The notes below the pieces were generated by a model. The model was not told the origin of the DNA. It searched no databases and was given only the letters and a program-made list of their open reading frames with translations. Of a stretch of DNA of 53,811 bases, positions 31,117-38,197 are shown one piece after another (the first letter of the stretch is position 1; the number at the start of each line of letters is the position of its first letter). The stretch is from a virus. The DNA lies in the IMG/VR virus record IMGVR_UViG_3300045051_000148; one strand, written 5' to 3'. The position numbers and the translations under genes were made by a program.

Positions 31117-31517
31117 GGGGTTTTCCTATTGAGCTTCTCGTTGAGGCTGACGACCCGGTCGCTCTCGTTTATGGCCCACGCGACCTGCCTGAGTTTTCGG
31201 ATAGCCTTGTTCTCGATCTGCCGAACGCGCTCACGCGTGACGCCAATTTTCAGACCTACTTCTTCAAGAGTCTCGCCGTAAATAACCCTTGCCAAAAACA
31301 CAAGGCACTGCTGATTGTTCAGGTTTGACCGTTCCCAAATCTTGCGCATGTAGTCCTGCATTTCAAACTCCATGTCGTAAGAGTTTGTTGGTTCCCCAAC
31401 CAGCAAGGGGAGTTCATCCAGGTCGTCGTTGCGCGTGAGCCAGATCCGATAAACCTCGGGGTCCAGATTCTTGACCTGCAGCTTTCCGTAGTGGGGGAGT
31501 GCTTTACCGCGCATCAT
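31113..31517 (-). CDS. Sigma-70 family region-4 (4.2 HTH) protein
   Basis: 134 aa from ATG 31517 (ATGA overlap). NNQQCLVFLARVIYGETLEEVGLKIGVTRERVRQIENKAIRKLRQ closely parallels RpoD region 4.2 (...LEEVG..F.VTRERIRQIEAKALRKLR). Low-GC segment (31321-31380 has 27/60 G+C). Confidence 0.75.
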   Translation of the reverse strand: MMRGKALPHYGKLQVKNLDPEVYRIWLTRNDDLDELPLLVGEPTNSYDMEFEMQDYMRKIWERSNLNNQQCLVFLARVIYGETLEEVGLKIGVTRERVRQIENKAIRKLRQVAWAINESDRVVSLNEKLNRKTP

Positions 31518-31828
31518 GGCTGCTCCGGTGTTGGCCACTGCGCCCAGATCAGCGGCTTGCCGACCAAGTGCTCTTTTTCCAAAGTCATCGTGACAAACTC
31601 CAGGGGGGAAACTTGCACCGGGCCTTGCGCCAGCTCTGGGGCATCGGCGTACACCTCCCTTGGGTCAATGCGCTTGTCGCCCTTGCTCCAAGCGCTGCCA
31701 AAGGTGGCCACGTCGCGCAGCATGTCTTGCGCGAGCTGCTCCGGCGTGCTGGGCCCGGTCTGCGCGCCGCAGCGCTGGCAGCTCAGGATGTTTCTGGCGG
31801 TGAAGTGCCAGTCGTGTTTGCAGGTCAT
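31514..31828 (-). CDS. Hypothetical protein with N-terminal CxxC/His cluster
   Basis: 104 aa, MTCKHDWHFTARNILSCQRCG... ATGA overlaps. Confidence 0.6.
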   Translation of the reverse strand: MTCKHDWHFTARNILSCQRCGAQTGPSTPEQLAQDMLRDVATFGSAWSKGDKRIDPREVYADAPELAQGPVQVSPLEFVTMTLEKEHLVGKPLIWAQWPTPEQP

Positions 31829-32169
31829 GATTGGCTCCTTGCGCGAATGGCGACAGCGGCTCCAAGCAACCCAATGTTGCGTTCATATCTTTCCACGGTC
31901 AGCATATCCTCACATAGCTTCGCGCAGGCCTCGCGCTCTGCTGCAACGCGCTCCTTAACCTGCCAGTCCAGCTCTGCAAGCAAGTCCTCCATCGTGTCGC
32001 CGTGGCCAGTGGCGAAGCCGAACTGGATCATCCATGCGGCCAGCTTGTTGCGCTCTGCTGCGATTGCTCGCACAAGGTCTTCATGGCGAACCCAACGACC
32101 GTGCTCAGCGGGCTCCATGGATCCGTCCATATCAAGGTTAAACCGGGTGATGTCTTCGCGGCTCACCAT
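31825..32169 (-). CDS. EREACAK-motif family protein (paralogue 1)
   Basis: 114 aa. C-terminus ...VAAEREACAKLCEDMLTVERYERNIGLLGAAVAIRARSQS shares its motif with 35442..35717 and 35714..35935. Confidence 0.65.
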   Translation of the reverse strand: MVSREDITRFNLDMDGSMEPAEHGRWVRHEDLVRAIAAERNKLAAWMIQFGFATGHGDTMEDLLAELDWQVKERVAAEREACAKLCEDMLTVERYERNIGLLGAAVAIRARSQS

Positions 32170-32294
32170 GGTGCCTCCTCGGCCTCGTCGCGCTGCTGGC
32201 GGCGATAGGCGGCCTCTTGCTTAGGAGTCCAGGGCACAGGCCCGGTTGGGGGTGGAAATGGCCAGACGCTGGCCGGGGTGTTATTCAGGCTCAT
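32163..32294 (-). CDS. Hypothetical 43-aa Pro-rich miniprotein
   Basis: Hand translation MSLNNTPASVWPFPPPTGPVPWTPKQEAAYRRQQRDEAEEAPW. GGAGGG SD. Overlaps the next start (ATGGTGA). Confidence 0.4.
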   Translation of the reverse strand: MSLNNTPASVWPFPPPTGPVPWTPKQEAAYRRQQRDEAEEAPW

Positions 32295-32313
32295 ACAGCC
32301 CTCCGTTAAAAAA

Positions 32314-32526
32314 TCAGGCGGGCAAAACCACCTGATGTTTGCACCCCACACACTTGTGATCTGCCTGTCCGAGCGCGGTGTGGGTGTACTGGCACTCGGG
32401 CGACATGCGAAACGGGGAGGCGACCATCTTGGCCACTCGGGTCTGGCCATCAAGCCACCAGCCGTCTTGCACGGGTAGCATCTTGCGATACTCTGGGCGG
32501 TTATAGCAACCATATTTTTTGGTCAC
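32314..32526 (-). CDS. Hypothetical protein
   Basis: 70 aa. GTG start overlapping the upstream stop (GTGA). Cys/His-containing. Confidence 0.5.
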   Translation of the reverse strand: MTKKYGCYNRPEYRKMLPVQDGWWLDGQTRVAKMVASPFRMSPECQYTHTALGQADHKCVGCKHQVVLPA

Positions 32527-32726
32527 GAAATCCTCGCTTGTTTTGAGCGGTACAAAAAGCAGGTCGGCCCCGGCACACGCTCCAAAAGCCCAGCGCGAAT
32601 CAAACGCCCAAGGGAGCCGTTTATTTTTCGCCGCCCAAGCCTGGTGGAAATGTCCCGTGGAAGCTCATACCTGGTGGCCGACACAGCGGCCAGCACCATG
32701 CGATCGGTGACGGTCTTATTGGCCAA
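32523..32726 (-). CDS. Small winged-helix-like DNA-binding protein
   Basis: 67 aa, TTG start (no in-frame ATG near the 5' end). ...YELPRDISTRLGRRKINGSLGRLIRAGLLERV resembles a MarR-type recognition helix and wing. Confidence 0.45.
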   Translation of the reverse strand: MANKTVTDRMVLAAVSATRYELPRDISTRLGRRKINGSLGRLIRAGLLERVPGPTCFLYRSKQARIS

Positions 32727-32740
32727 GTGCGGTGCCCCGG

Positions 32741-33007
32741 TTAAACGGCCCAGTCCTCTGCGGTGCGCAGGATCAGGTCCTCGGCGGTGAGGTTCAGTCC
32801 ACGCGCCTGGGCCATGGCCAGGATTCGGCCCTGCAGGGCTGATGGCACAGCCCCGGCGCTGCCGCCCTCGTCTTTGGGCTTGCGCCAGCGCACCACGGAG
32901 CTGGGGTTTCGCTCCAAGGCGCGTGCCAGCGCACGGACTCCGCCGAAGGCTGTGATGGCCTTATCGGCAGGGGTTTCGGGGCCGGGATCTTTGATTTCTG
33001 AGGTCAT
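32741..33007 (-). CDS. Cro/YdaS-like HTH regulator
   Basis: Trimmed to ATG 33007 (88 aa). ...AITAFGGVRALARALERNPSSVVRWRK...VPSALQGRILAMAQ fits YdaS/Cro-type HTH proteins. First gene of the leftward early operon at a divergent junction. Confidence 0.7.
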   Translation of the reverse strand: MTSEIKDPGPETPADKAITAFGGVRALARALERNPSSVVRWRKPKDEGGSAGAVPSALQGRILAMAQARGLNLTAEDLILRTAEDWAV

Positions 33008-33242
33008 GGGCCTAAAGTGTAGCGTAAAAAGCAACACTCGACCGAAAATATCTCGAAGAAACCCACGTAAACCCCTTGCGTTCCATTTTAAACCGAGTGA
33101 AGATGCAGTTATCGCAACACCTCGCCAGGATCACGATATGAACCGCCTGCACCCGATCATGCAGCAAGCCCTGGCCCCATTCGTCGGGGCCGCTTTTCAC
33201 CAACCCGCGTTTAAAAAACCCGCCTTTCACCAAGGAGAAAAC
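33008..33242. promoter_or_regulatory. Divergent early control region
   Basis: 235-bp gap between the oppositely oriented early operons. Inverted repeat AGTGT-N13-ACACT (33016-33038) and two direct repeats CCGCYTTTCACCAA (33190-33203, 33220-33233). No clean -35/-10 pair could be assigned. Confidence 0.4.
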
Positions 33243-33488
33243 ATGGAAATCGAAACCCGCGTCTCGGGCATCCCTTGCATTGCCAAGGTGACGCACTTCT
33301 TCCGCCAGGCGCCGCACCGAGGCAGCGCGCACACCTGCGACAGCGACATGGACTACTACGGATACACAGAATGCGAGTTTGAAATCCTGGACCGACGAGG
33401 CAGGCCCGCCGCCTGGCTGGAGCGCAAGGTCACCGACGACGACCGCCAGCGCATCGAGCAAGAAATCACTGAGCAACTGGAGGACTGA
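33243..33488 (+). CDS. Hypothetical early protein
   Basis: 81 aa from the ATG with AAGGAGAAAAC SD. The track ORF extends far upstream in the frame antisense to the cro-like gene. An alternative ATG at 33138 cannot be excluded. Confidence 0.6.
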   Translation: MEIETRVSGIPCIAKVTHFFRQAPHRGSAHTCDSDMDYYGYTECEFEILDRRGRPAAWLERKVTDDDRQRIEQEITEQLED

Positions 33489-33491
33489 ACC

Positions 33492-33674
33492 ATGACGACC
33501 AAGAAAACCAAACCCGACCTGATACCTGCGGCGCGCCCCGAGGTGTTCAGCCGCCCGATCTACGACGGCAAAGAGCTGCGCCGCAACCCCGGCATCACAG
33601 ACGAGCGGTTCCGCGCCTACGAGCTGCCTAGCCTGCGCGGCGGCCGCCTGGTTTACCCCAAGGAGAAAGCATGA
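33492..33674 (+). CDS. Hypothetical early protein
   Basis: 60 aa, GGAGG SD. Confidence 0.5.
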   Translation: MTTKKTKPDLIPAARPEVFSRPIYDGKELRRNPGITDERFRAYELPSLRGGRLVYPKEKA

Positions 33675-33925
33675 ACACCACGATGTTGAAAATGGCCCGC
33701 CGACTTTGGTGCGTTGGCCACGCCGACCGCGCAACGCAGCGCGCCAACATGCGCAAGTGGGTGCGCTCGGTTCGCATGCTTGGCGACCGCTGGGTTTTGG
33801 CAAGGCAGGAAATAAAGCTGGCCGCGCCGATCCCTGAGGGCAAGATTTCCAGCATGGTGCTGCCATTCCCTCTGCGCACGCCGCGCAGCCTGGAAGAGGC
33901 CCGCGAAGCCCGGAGAAAAGCATGA
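33671..33925 (+). CDS. Hypothetical early protein
   Basis: 84 aa, AAGGAGAAAGC SD, ATGA overlap. Confidence 0.55.
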   Translation: MNTTMLKMARRLWCVGHADRATQRANMRKWVRSVRMLGDRWVLARQEIKLAAPIPEGKISSMVLPFPLRTPRSLEEAREARRKA

Positions 33926-34305
33926 CGGACGCCGCGCCGCGCCAGGCCTACACATGCACCAGGTGCAACGGCACGGGCCGGTACAGCTTTAACCTGATGC
34001 ACGGCACCACCTGCTTTGGCTGCAAGGGCACCGGCAAGCAGCTCACACAGCCAAAGGCACCGACGCCCAAGTGGGCTGTGTTTGGCCAGCACCGCGAGAC
34101 GGGCGCTTGGCTGCGGCTCTACAACGTGGTGGCCAGGTCCAAGCCCGCAGCGATCGCCAAGGCGCAAGCGACCTACGCCGACGCCAGCACCGACTGGAAG
34201 AACACCTACACGCTGGCCACCGCCCGCGCAATGAAATGGACCGACATGGCCAGCGTTGAGGCGCTGACGTGGGATGAGGCTTTTAAACCGAAGGAGAACA
34301 CATGA
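33922..34305 (+). CDS. DnaJ-type zinc-finger-like protein
   Basis: 127 aa. CTRCNGTGRYSF...TTCFGCKGTGK gives two CxxCxGxG units. ATGA overlap. Confidence 0.65.
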   Translation: MTDAAPRQAYTCTRCNGTGRYSFNLMHGTTCFGCKGTGKQLTQPKAPTPKWAVFGQHRETGAWLRLYNVVARSKPAAIAKAQATYADASTDWKNTYTLATARAMKWTDMASVEALTWDEAFKPKENT

Positions 34306-34799
34306 AGAAGATCAAGATTTACCGGCTGCAAGCTGATTATTTGTATGGCGAAGACAGGGAGGAAAAGCGAGCCAAACAACTGCAGGCGGTGGCCGATGTT
34401 GGAGTCAAAGAGGAGTCGACCGAATCCTCGGTTATTTGCACAGCGGAGCAAGCAATCGAGTTAATTGCTGCGGGGTATTCCGGTAGTTATTTCAGCGCAA
34501 ACCACATTCAAGAAGTTGCGGTTGTTGATGGCGGCCCCGATGTTGAAGGACTGTTTTCAATCCTGGCCGACAAGATCGCCAGCATGCCAGCGGCCAGCAT
34601 GAATGAGCGATGCAACCAGCAGCAGCCAGGCAACGCGCTGATGGGAATTGCCGAAACAAAACTGCTGCAGGACTCATGCACCGACGTCTTGCAAGAAAAC
34701 CTCGCGGGCGGTTGGCGAATCATTGCTGTCCAGCCGCAACCAGATCAACGTCGACCAGACTACATCCTGGGCCGACCACTTACGAGCGCCATGCGCTGA
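34302..34799 (+). CDS. Hypothetical protein (lower-GC segment)
   Basis: 165 aa, GAAGGAGAAC SD, ATGA overlap. Confidence 0.65.
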   Translation: MKKIKIYRLQADYLYGEDREEKRAKQLQAVADVGVKEESTESSVICTAEQAIELIAAGYSGSYFSANHIQEVAVVDGGPDVEGLFSILADKIASMPAASMNERCNQQQPGNALMGIAETKLLQDSCTDVLQENLAGGWRIIAVQPQPDQRRPDYILGRPLTSAMR

Positions 34800-34806
34800 A
34801 ACCAAA

Positions 34807-35043
34807 ATGATGACACTGGAGGCTTTTGATGTTTTCTCTATCTTTGTGGCGGGGCTCGCGATCGGGCTCATCGGAGCGCAATACCTCAACAAGTGGGAGC
34901 GCGAATCAGAATACAAGCGAGGCGTCTTGGACACCTTATGGGAAATCCAGCGCGTCGCCATGCGAGAGCACCTTGCTCGCGTGCTCGGCACTCCCAGAGA
35001 CAAAAAGGCTGGTGGTGCAGACGGCGGTAAACCACCTGTTTGA
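34807..35043 (+). CDS. Small membrane protein
   Basis: 78 aa from ATG 34807. N-terminal TM FDVFSIFVAGLAIGLIGAQYL. Weak SD. The track ORF 34648 start lies inside the previous gene. Confidence 0.5.
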   Translation: MMTLEAFDVFSIFVAGLAIGLIGAQYLNKWERESEYKRGVLDTLWEIQRVAMREHLARVLGTPRDKKAGGADGGKPPV

Positions 35044-35269
35044 GCAGACGCATTTCAGCATTTGCGAGCTTCGCAACGTGATGGAGCTGGTCGGCGCACG
35101 CAAGGGTGGTGAAGCGTACACACTGCTGCAAAACCTGCACTGCGTGCATTACGCCAAGATGCCGCCAGAGCTGCGTGAGCGCATTCCGCACTTGGTCAAC
35201 GAGTGCCTGCGCCAGCAAGACGATGTAATTGAAGCGACCGGCGTTGCGCTGGAGGGGGTAAGAATATGA
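35012..35269 (+). CDS. Hypothetical protein
   Basis: GTG start chosen after AAAAGG. 85 aa, VVQTAVNHLFEQTHFSICELRNVMELVGARKGGEAYTLLQNLH... The 5' part of track ORF 34826 overlaps the previous gene out of frame. Confidence 0.45.
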   Translation: MVQTAVNHLFEQTHFSICELRNVMELVGARKGGEAYTLLQNLHCVHYAKMPPELRERIPHLVNECLRQQDDVIEATGVALEGVRI

Positions 35270-35445
35270 AAACCTACCCGTACCTGGCCGTTGCCATCTG
35301 GGCTGTGGCTGCCGCGCTGGTGCTGCTGTACGCCCCGCGCACCGACAGCAAGCGCATTGATTGTTCCCAGGCCGAGTTCCACCCGGACTTCACCGCAGAC
35401 ATGAAAGAGCAGTGCCGACTGGCGCGCTCGGGGAGGTTGCTGTGA
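35266..35445 (+). CDS. 59-aa membrane miniprotein
   Basis: Hand translation MKTYPYLAVAIWAVAAALVLLYAPRTDSKRIDCSQAEFHPDFTADMKEQCRLARSGRLL. GGAGGGGG SD, ATGA overlap. Just below the track cutoff. Confidence 0.55.
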   Translation: MKTYPYLAVAIWAVAAALVLLYAPRTDSKRIDCSQAEFHPDFTADMKEQCRLARSGRLL

Positions 35446-35717
35446 AGGACACGGTGGACATGGCCCGTAAGGCGGGGTTCAGAGTGGGCCCGTCAAGAGA
35501 TGGCCCAGATGATGTGTGGGGCGTTGTCGCAAACCTTAAGCGCTTTGAAGCCTTTATCCGTGTTGATGAGCGTGAGGCAAGAAGTATGCGGTGGGATGAG
35601 TTGATTGCCAAAGCTGTTGAGGCCGAGCGAGAAGCGTGTGCAAAGGTGTGTGAGGACGCGCCTGAGCCTGATGGCCGCGATTTGGCAGAGCGTATCCGAA
35701 ACAGGGGGAACACATGA
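35442..35717 (+). CDS. EREACAK-motif family protein (paralogue 2)
   Basis: GTG start (GGGAGG SD, GTGA overlap). 91 aa. ...AVEAEREACAKVCEDAPEPDGRDLAERIRNRGNT. Confidence 0.6.
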   Translation: MKDTVDMARKAGFRVGPSRDGPDDVWGVVANLKRFEAFIRVDEREARSMRWDELIAKAVEAEREACAKVCEDAPEPDGRDLAERIRNRGNT

Positions 35718-35935
35718 ACATCAGAGAAATCGAACACATGTGGAAGATTGCCAGCAACAACCCAAACCACGACACCAACTGGCACGACCCAGTCGTTGTG
35801 GCCTTTGCCAAGCTGGTAGCACAACATGAGCGCGAGGCGTGTGCAAAGTTTGTGGAAGACGGGTATGTGCGTCAGTTTGAGCGACCTTGGCGAGAAGACC
35901 TTGCCGCCGCCATCCGAGCAAGGGGGCAGGCATGA
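35714..35935 (+). CDS. EREACAK-motif family protein (paralogue 3)
   Basis: 73 aa. ...VAQHEREACAKFVEDGYVRQFERPWREDLAAAIRARGQA. ATGA overlap. Confidence 0.65.
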   Translation: MNIREIEHMWKIASNNPNHDTNWHDPVVVAFAKLVAQHEREACAKFVEDGYVRQFERPWREDLAAAIRARGQA

Positions 35936-36030
35936 AGTACCCATCCTATTGCTGCCAGAAATGTGGCGAACTTATTGGGTGGCTCGGTCGAGTCATGCCA
36001 TTTCACAAATGCAAGGAGAAGCAAGCATGA
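35932..36030 (+). CDS. 32-aa zinc-ribbon-like miniprotein
   Basis: Hand translation MKYPSYCCQKCGELIGWLGRVMPFHKCKEKQA. ATGA overlaps on both sides. Confidence 0.4.
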   Translation: MKYPSYCCQKCGELIGWLGRVMPFHKCKEKQA

Positions 36031-36218
36031 CCCCGCTTCCCTTCGACTACAGCCGCTGCCTGCCCGCCACCGTGTGCGACAAATGCCAAAACTGCCGCCG
36101 GTGGATGGACCACCCCGAGCAAGAAAACCACCCGTACAGGCAATCGTTTGTTGCAGCATCCAGCAGCCGCGATGCCGCGTGCTGTTACCTTCCGATCAGC
36201 CTTTTGGAGAACAAATGA
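36027..36218 (+). CDS. Small Cys-rich protein
   Basis: 63 aa from the ATG with AAGGAGAAGC SD. MTPLPFDYSRCLPATVCDKCQNCRRW... Confidence 0.55.
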   Translation: MTPLPFDYSRCLPATVCDKCQNCRRWMDHPEQENHPYRQSFVAASSSRDAACCYLPISLLENK

Positions 36219-36649
36219 AAAAAACGCCCGACCTGAATGCCTGGCGCGACCACGCCAGTGACTACGAGCGCGGCTTCATCGACGGCATGCAAAAGCAGGC
36301 GCAGTCCAGTGTGGACCGGGCGATTAACGCATCGCTGGACCGCACAGCCGACGCCATGGACGAAGTTGCCCACCGGTTTGCCCACCGGTTGGCGCTGGAC
36401 CTTGAGTGCGTCCTGGCCAAGTACGACGGCCCTTGGTACGACCAAGCCTGGGAAACGCTCAGCCAGTACCGAAGCGAGATGAACAAACTGCACGAACAGG
36501 TGAGCCCGACGTTTATGGGCGAGCCGGTCGCGCAGAAGTGGTTTTGTCTCAGCTGCAAAAGCAGCACGCCTGGGCACCATGGAACGCTCAATGATCGAAC
36601 CACGCCATGCCCCGAAGGGTTGCGTGCCAAAAACAAGGAGAACAAATGA
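36215..36649 (+). CDS. Hypothetical protein
   Basis: 144 aa from ATG 36215 (GGAG SD, ATGA overlap). The track ORF is extended upstream. Confidence 0.65.
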   Translation: MKKTPDLNAWRDHASDYERGFIDGMQKQAQSSVDRAINASLDRTADAMDEVAHRFAHRLALDLECVLAKYDGPWYDQAWETLSQYRSEMNKLHEQVSPTFMGEPVAQKWFCLSCKSSTPGHHGTLNDRTTPCPEGLRAKNKENK

Positions 36650-36780
36650 AACACTGCTCTGAATGCAAACGCGATCGCCTGCCAGAAGGCGGCATTTTCC
36701 TGACCGCCACGCGATGGCTGTGCGCTGAGTGCTGGCTGAAATTCCTCCAGGGGCGCCGCTCCGTGAAGGAGGCGGCATGA
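36646..36780 (+). CDS. 44-aa zinc-ribbon-like miniprotein
   Basis: Hand translation MKHCSECKRDRLPEGGIFLTATRWLCAECWLKFLQGRRSVKEAA. AAGGAG SD. ATGA overlaps on both sides. Confidence 0.45.
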   Translation: MKHCSECKRDRLPEGGIFLTATRWLCAECWLKFLQGRRSVKEAA

Positions 36781-37166
36781 AGCACGAAATCAAAAAGCCA
36801 AACGGCGAGGTTTATGCCGAGGTGTGGGTGGAGGATGGTTTGTTTATACAGAGAATGAAAAGCCATCCAGCCCTTCGAATCACTATGGACAAAAAAATCA
36901 TCCCGCAACTGATTGAGGCTTTGAAATTAATCGAACAGGAGACACCCATGAACTGCTGCGACGAATACGGCAACTGCAATCAGGGCCGCAACTGCCCGGT
37001 GCGCAAAGAACAGGCTAAATGCCCGTGGTGCCACGGCCTTGGTTATGACGCCAGCGGGCAAAAATGCCCATGCCAACCAGATAACACCGGCAAAATGCTG
37101 GCGTGGCTTTTAGGTGGATTTGTTGCGGTCATGCTGCTTTTAATGACGCTCAGGAGCTGCGTGTGA
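36777..37166 (+). CDS. Cys-rich protein with C-terminal TM anchor
   Basis: 129 aa. ...NCCDEYGNCNQGRNCPVRKEQAKCPWCHGLGYDASGQKCPC... then LAWLLGGFVAVMLLLMTL. Lower GC. Confidence 0.65.
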   Translation: MKHEIKKPNGEVYAEVWVEDGLFIQRMKSHPALRITMDKKIIPQLIEALKLIEQETPMNCCDEYGNCNQGRNCPVRKEQAKCPWCHGLGYDASGQKCPCQPDNTGKMLAWLLGGFVAVMLLLMTLRSCV

Positions 37167-37312
37167 TTTACACCCCATACACCGGCCCTGCCAAGCCCAT
37201 CCCAACACAATCGGAGCGCGGTATTTTTATCGTTGAATATGTTGTATTTTTGTCTGGAATTTTGATCGTTGGACTTGATGTTTACGTGTGGAGAGCGAAC
37301 ATCGTCCTGTAG
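37163..37312 (+). CDS. 49-aa membrane miniprotein (tentative)
   Basis: GTG start 6 nt after AGGAG, overlapping the upstream stop (GTGTGA). TM FIVEYVVFLSGILIVGLDVYVW. Confidence 0.35.
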   Translation: MIYTPYTGPAKPIPTQSERGIFIVEYVVFLSGILIVGLDVYVWRANIVL

Positions 37313-37348
37313 TTTTTAAACCGTAACGGAAGCTGAAAGGAGCGACCT

Positions 37349-37657
37349 ATGAAACACACACGGCACACACCTGGGCCATGGATTGCGGTCGGTTTTTGGG
37401 TTGAGCACCCAAACGATAAACGCCCTGATATTTGCAACTGCGACCCAAGAAGCATGGATCAAGAGGGGCGTTCTGACGCTGAGATTCTTGCCAACGCCCG
37501 CCTGATCGCCGCAGCGCCTGATCTGCTGGAGGCGTTGCAATCCGCAGAACGCGCCATGAGCAACAAGCACTTTGCCGCCGAAGTGCTGGCCCACGACAGC
37601 GTAGTGCGCGAAATGATCCTCGCCGCCATCGCCAAAGCAACCGGAGAGCAACCATGA
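37349..37657 (+). CDS. Hypothetical protein with Ead/Ea22-like C-terminal motif
   Basis: 102 aa, CTGAAAGGAGC SD. ...GPWIAVG...ILANARLIAAAPDLLEALQ... is a motif recurrent in small phage early proteins. Confidence 0.7.
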   Translation: MKHTRHTPGPWIAVGFWVEHPNDKRPDICNCDPRSMDQEGRSDAEILANARLIAAAPDLLEALQSAERAMSNKHFAAEVLAHDSVVREMILAAIAKATGEQP

Positions 37658-37872
37658 AAATCCACCGCGTTCAATGGTTCACCAGCGGCAGGGGGCTGGT
37701 GGGCATCGTCGAGGCCACGCAGGACGACGGAGAGCACGGCTACTGGATCGCGCCGTGCGACGGCTTCAATGAGGTGATCGACGCCAACATGGTGGCTGCG
37801 CACGGGGCAAAGTTTCCACCAGCCGCAGGGCGGGCGATTTTTGGACTGCCAGCGGGGAGTGAAGATGAGTGA
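37654..37872 (+). CDS. Hypothetical protein
   Basis: 72 aa, ATGA overlap. Confidence 0.6.
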   Translation: MKIHRVQWFTSGRGLVGIVEATQDDGEHGYWIAPCDGFNEVIDANMVAAHGAKFPPAAGRAIFGLPAGSEDE

Positions 37873-38197
37873 CCGAGAACTACTGGAACTAGCGGCAAAG
37901 GCGGCTGGCGACTTCACCATTCCAAAGTATTACCGCGTTGCGGATGATCTGCCGGTGGTTTTTATGCTGAATGATAAACCTTGGAACCCCCTCAAAGACG
38001 ACGGCGACGCGCTGCGTCTGGCGGTGAAGTTGAGGATGTCTCTTGTGATGTTTTCAATTTATGTCCGGGTGGACACCGTGGATTACGAGGCCATTTACGA
38101 GGAATACGGCGACGACCCCCACACCGCCACCCGCCGCGCCATCGTGCGTGCGGCAGCCGAGATCGGAAAACAAATGGAGAAAAACAATGGCAACTGA
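37865..38197 (+). CDS. DUF2591-like phage protein
   Basis: 110 aa from ATG 37865. MSDRELLELAAKAAG...WNPLKDDGDALRLAVKL...ATRRAIVRAAAEIGK matches my recollection of the DUF2591 (phage ABA-sandwich) family. Confidence 0.6.
   Translation: MSDRELLELAAKAAGDFTIPKYYRVADDLPVVFMLNDKPWNPLKDDGDALRLAVKLRMSLVMFSIYVRVDTVDYEAIYEEYGDDPHTATRRAIVRAAAEIGKQMEKNNGN

Noticed and set aside
33138-33242. Longer start (ATG 33138) for the first rightward gene, giving a PAFHQ-PAFHQ repeat
   Set aside because: The ATG at 33243 has a much better SD (AAGGAGAAAAC), and third-position GC drops in the second half of the extension. The direct DNA repeats here may be operators rather than coding. Noted as an alternative, not excluded.
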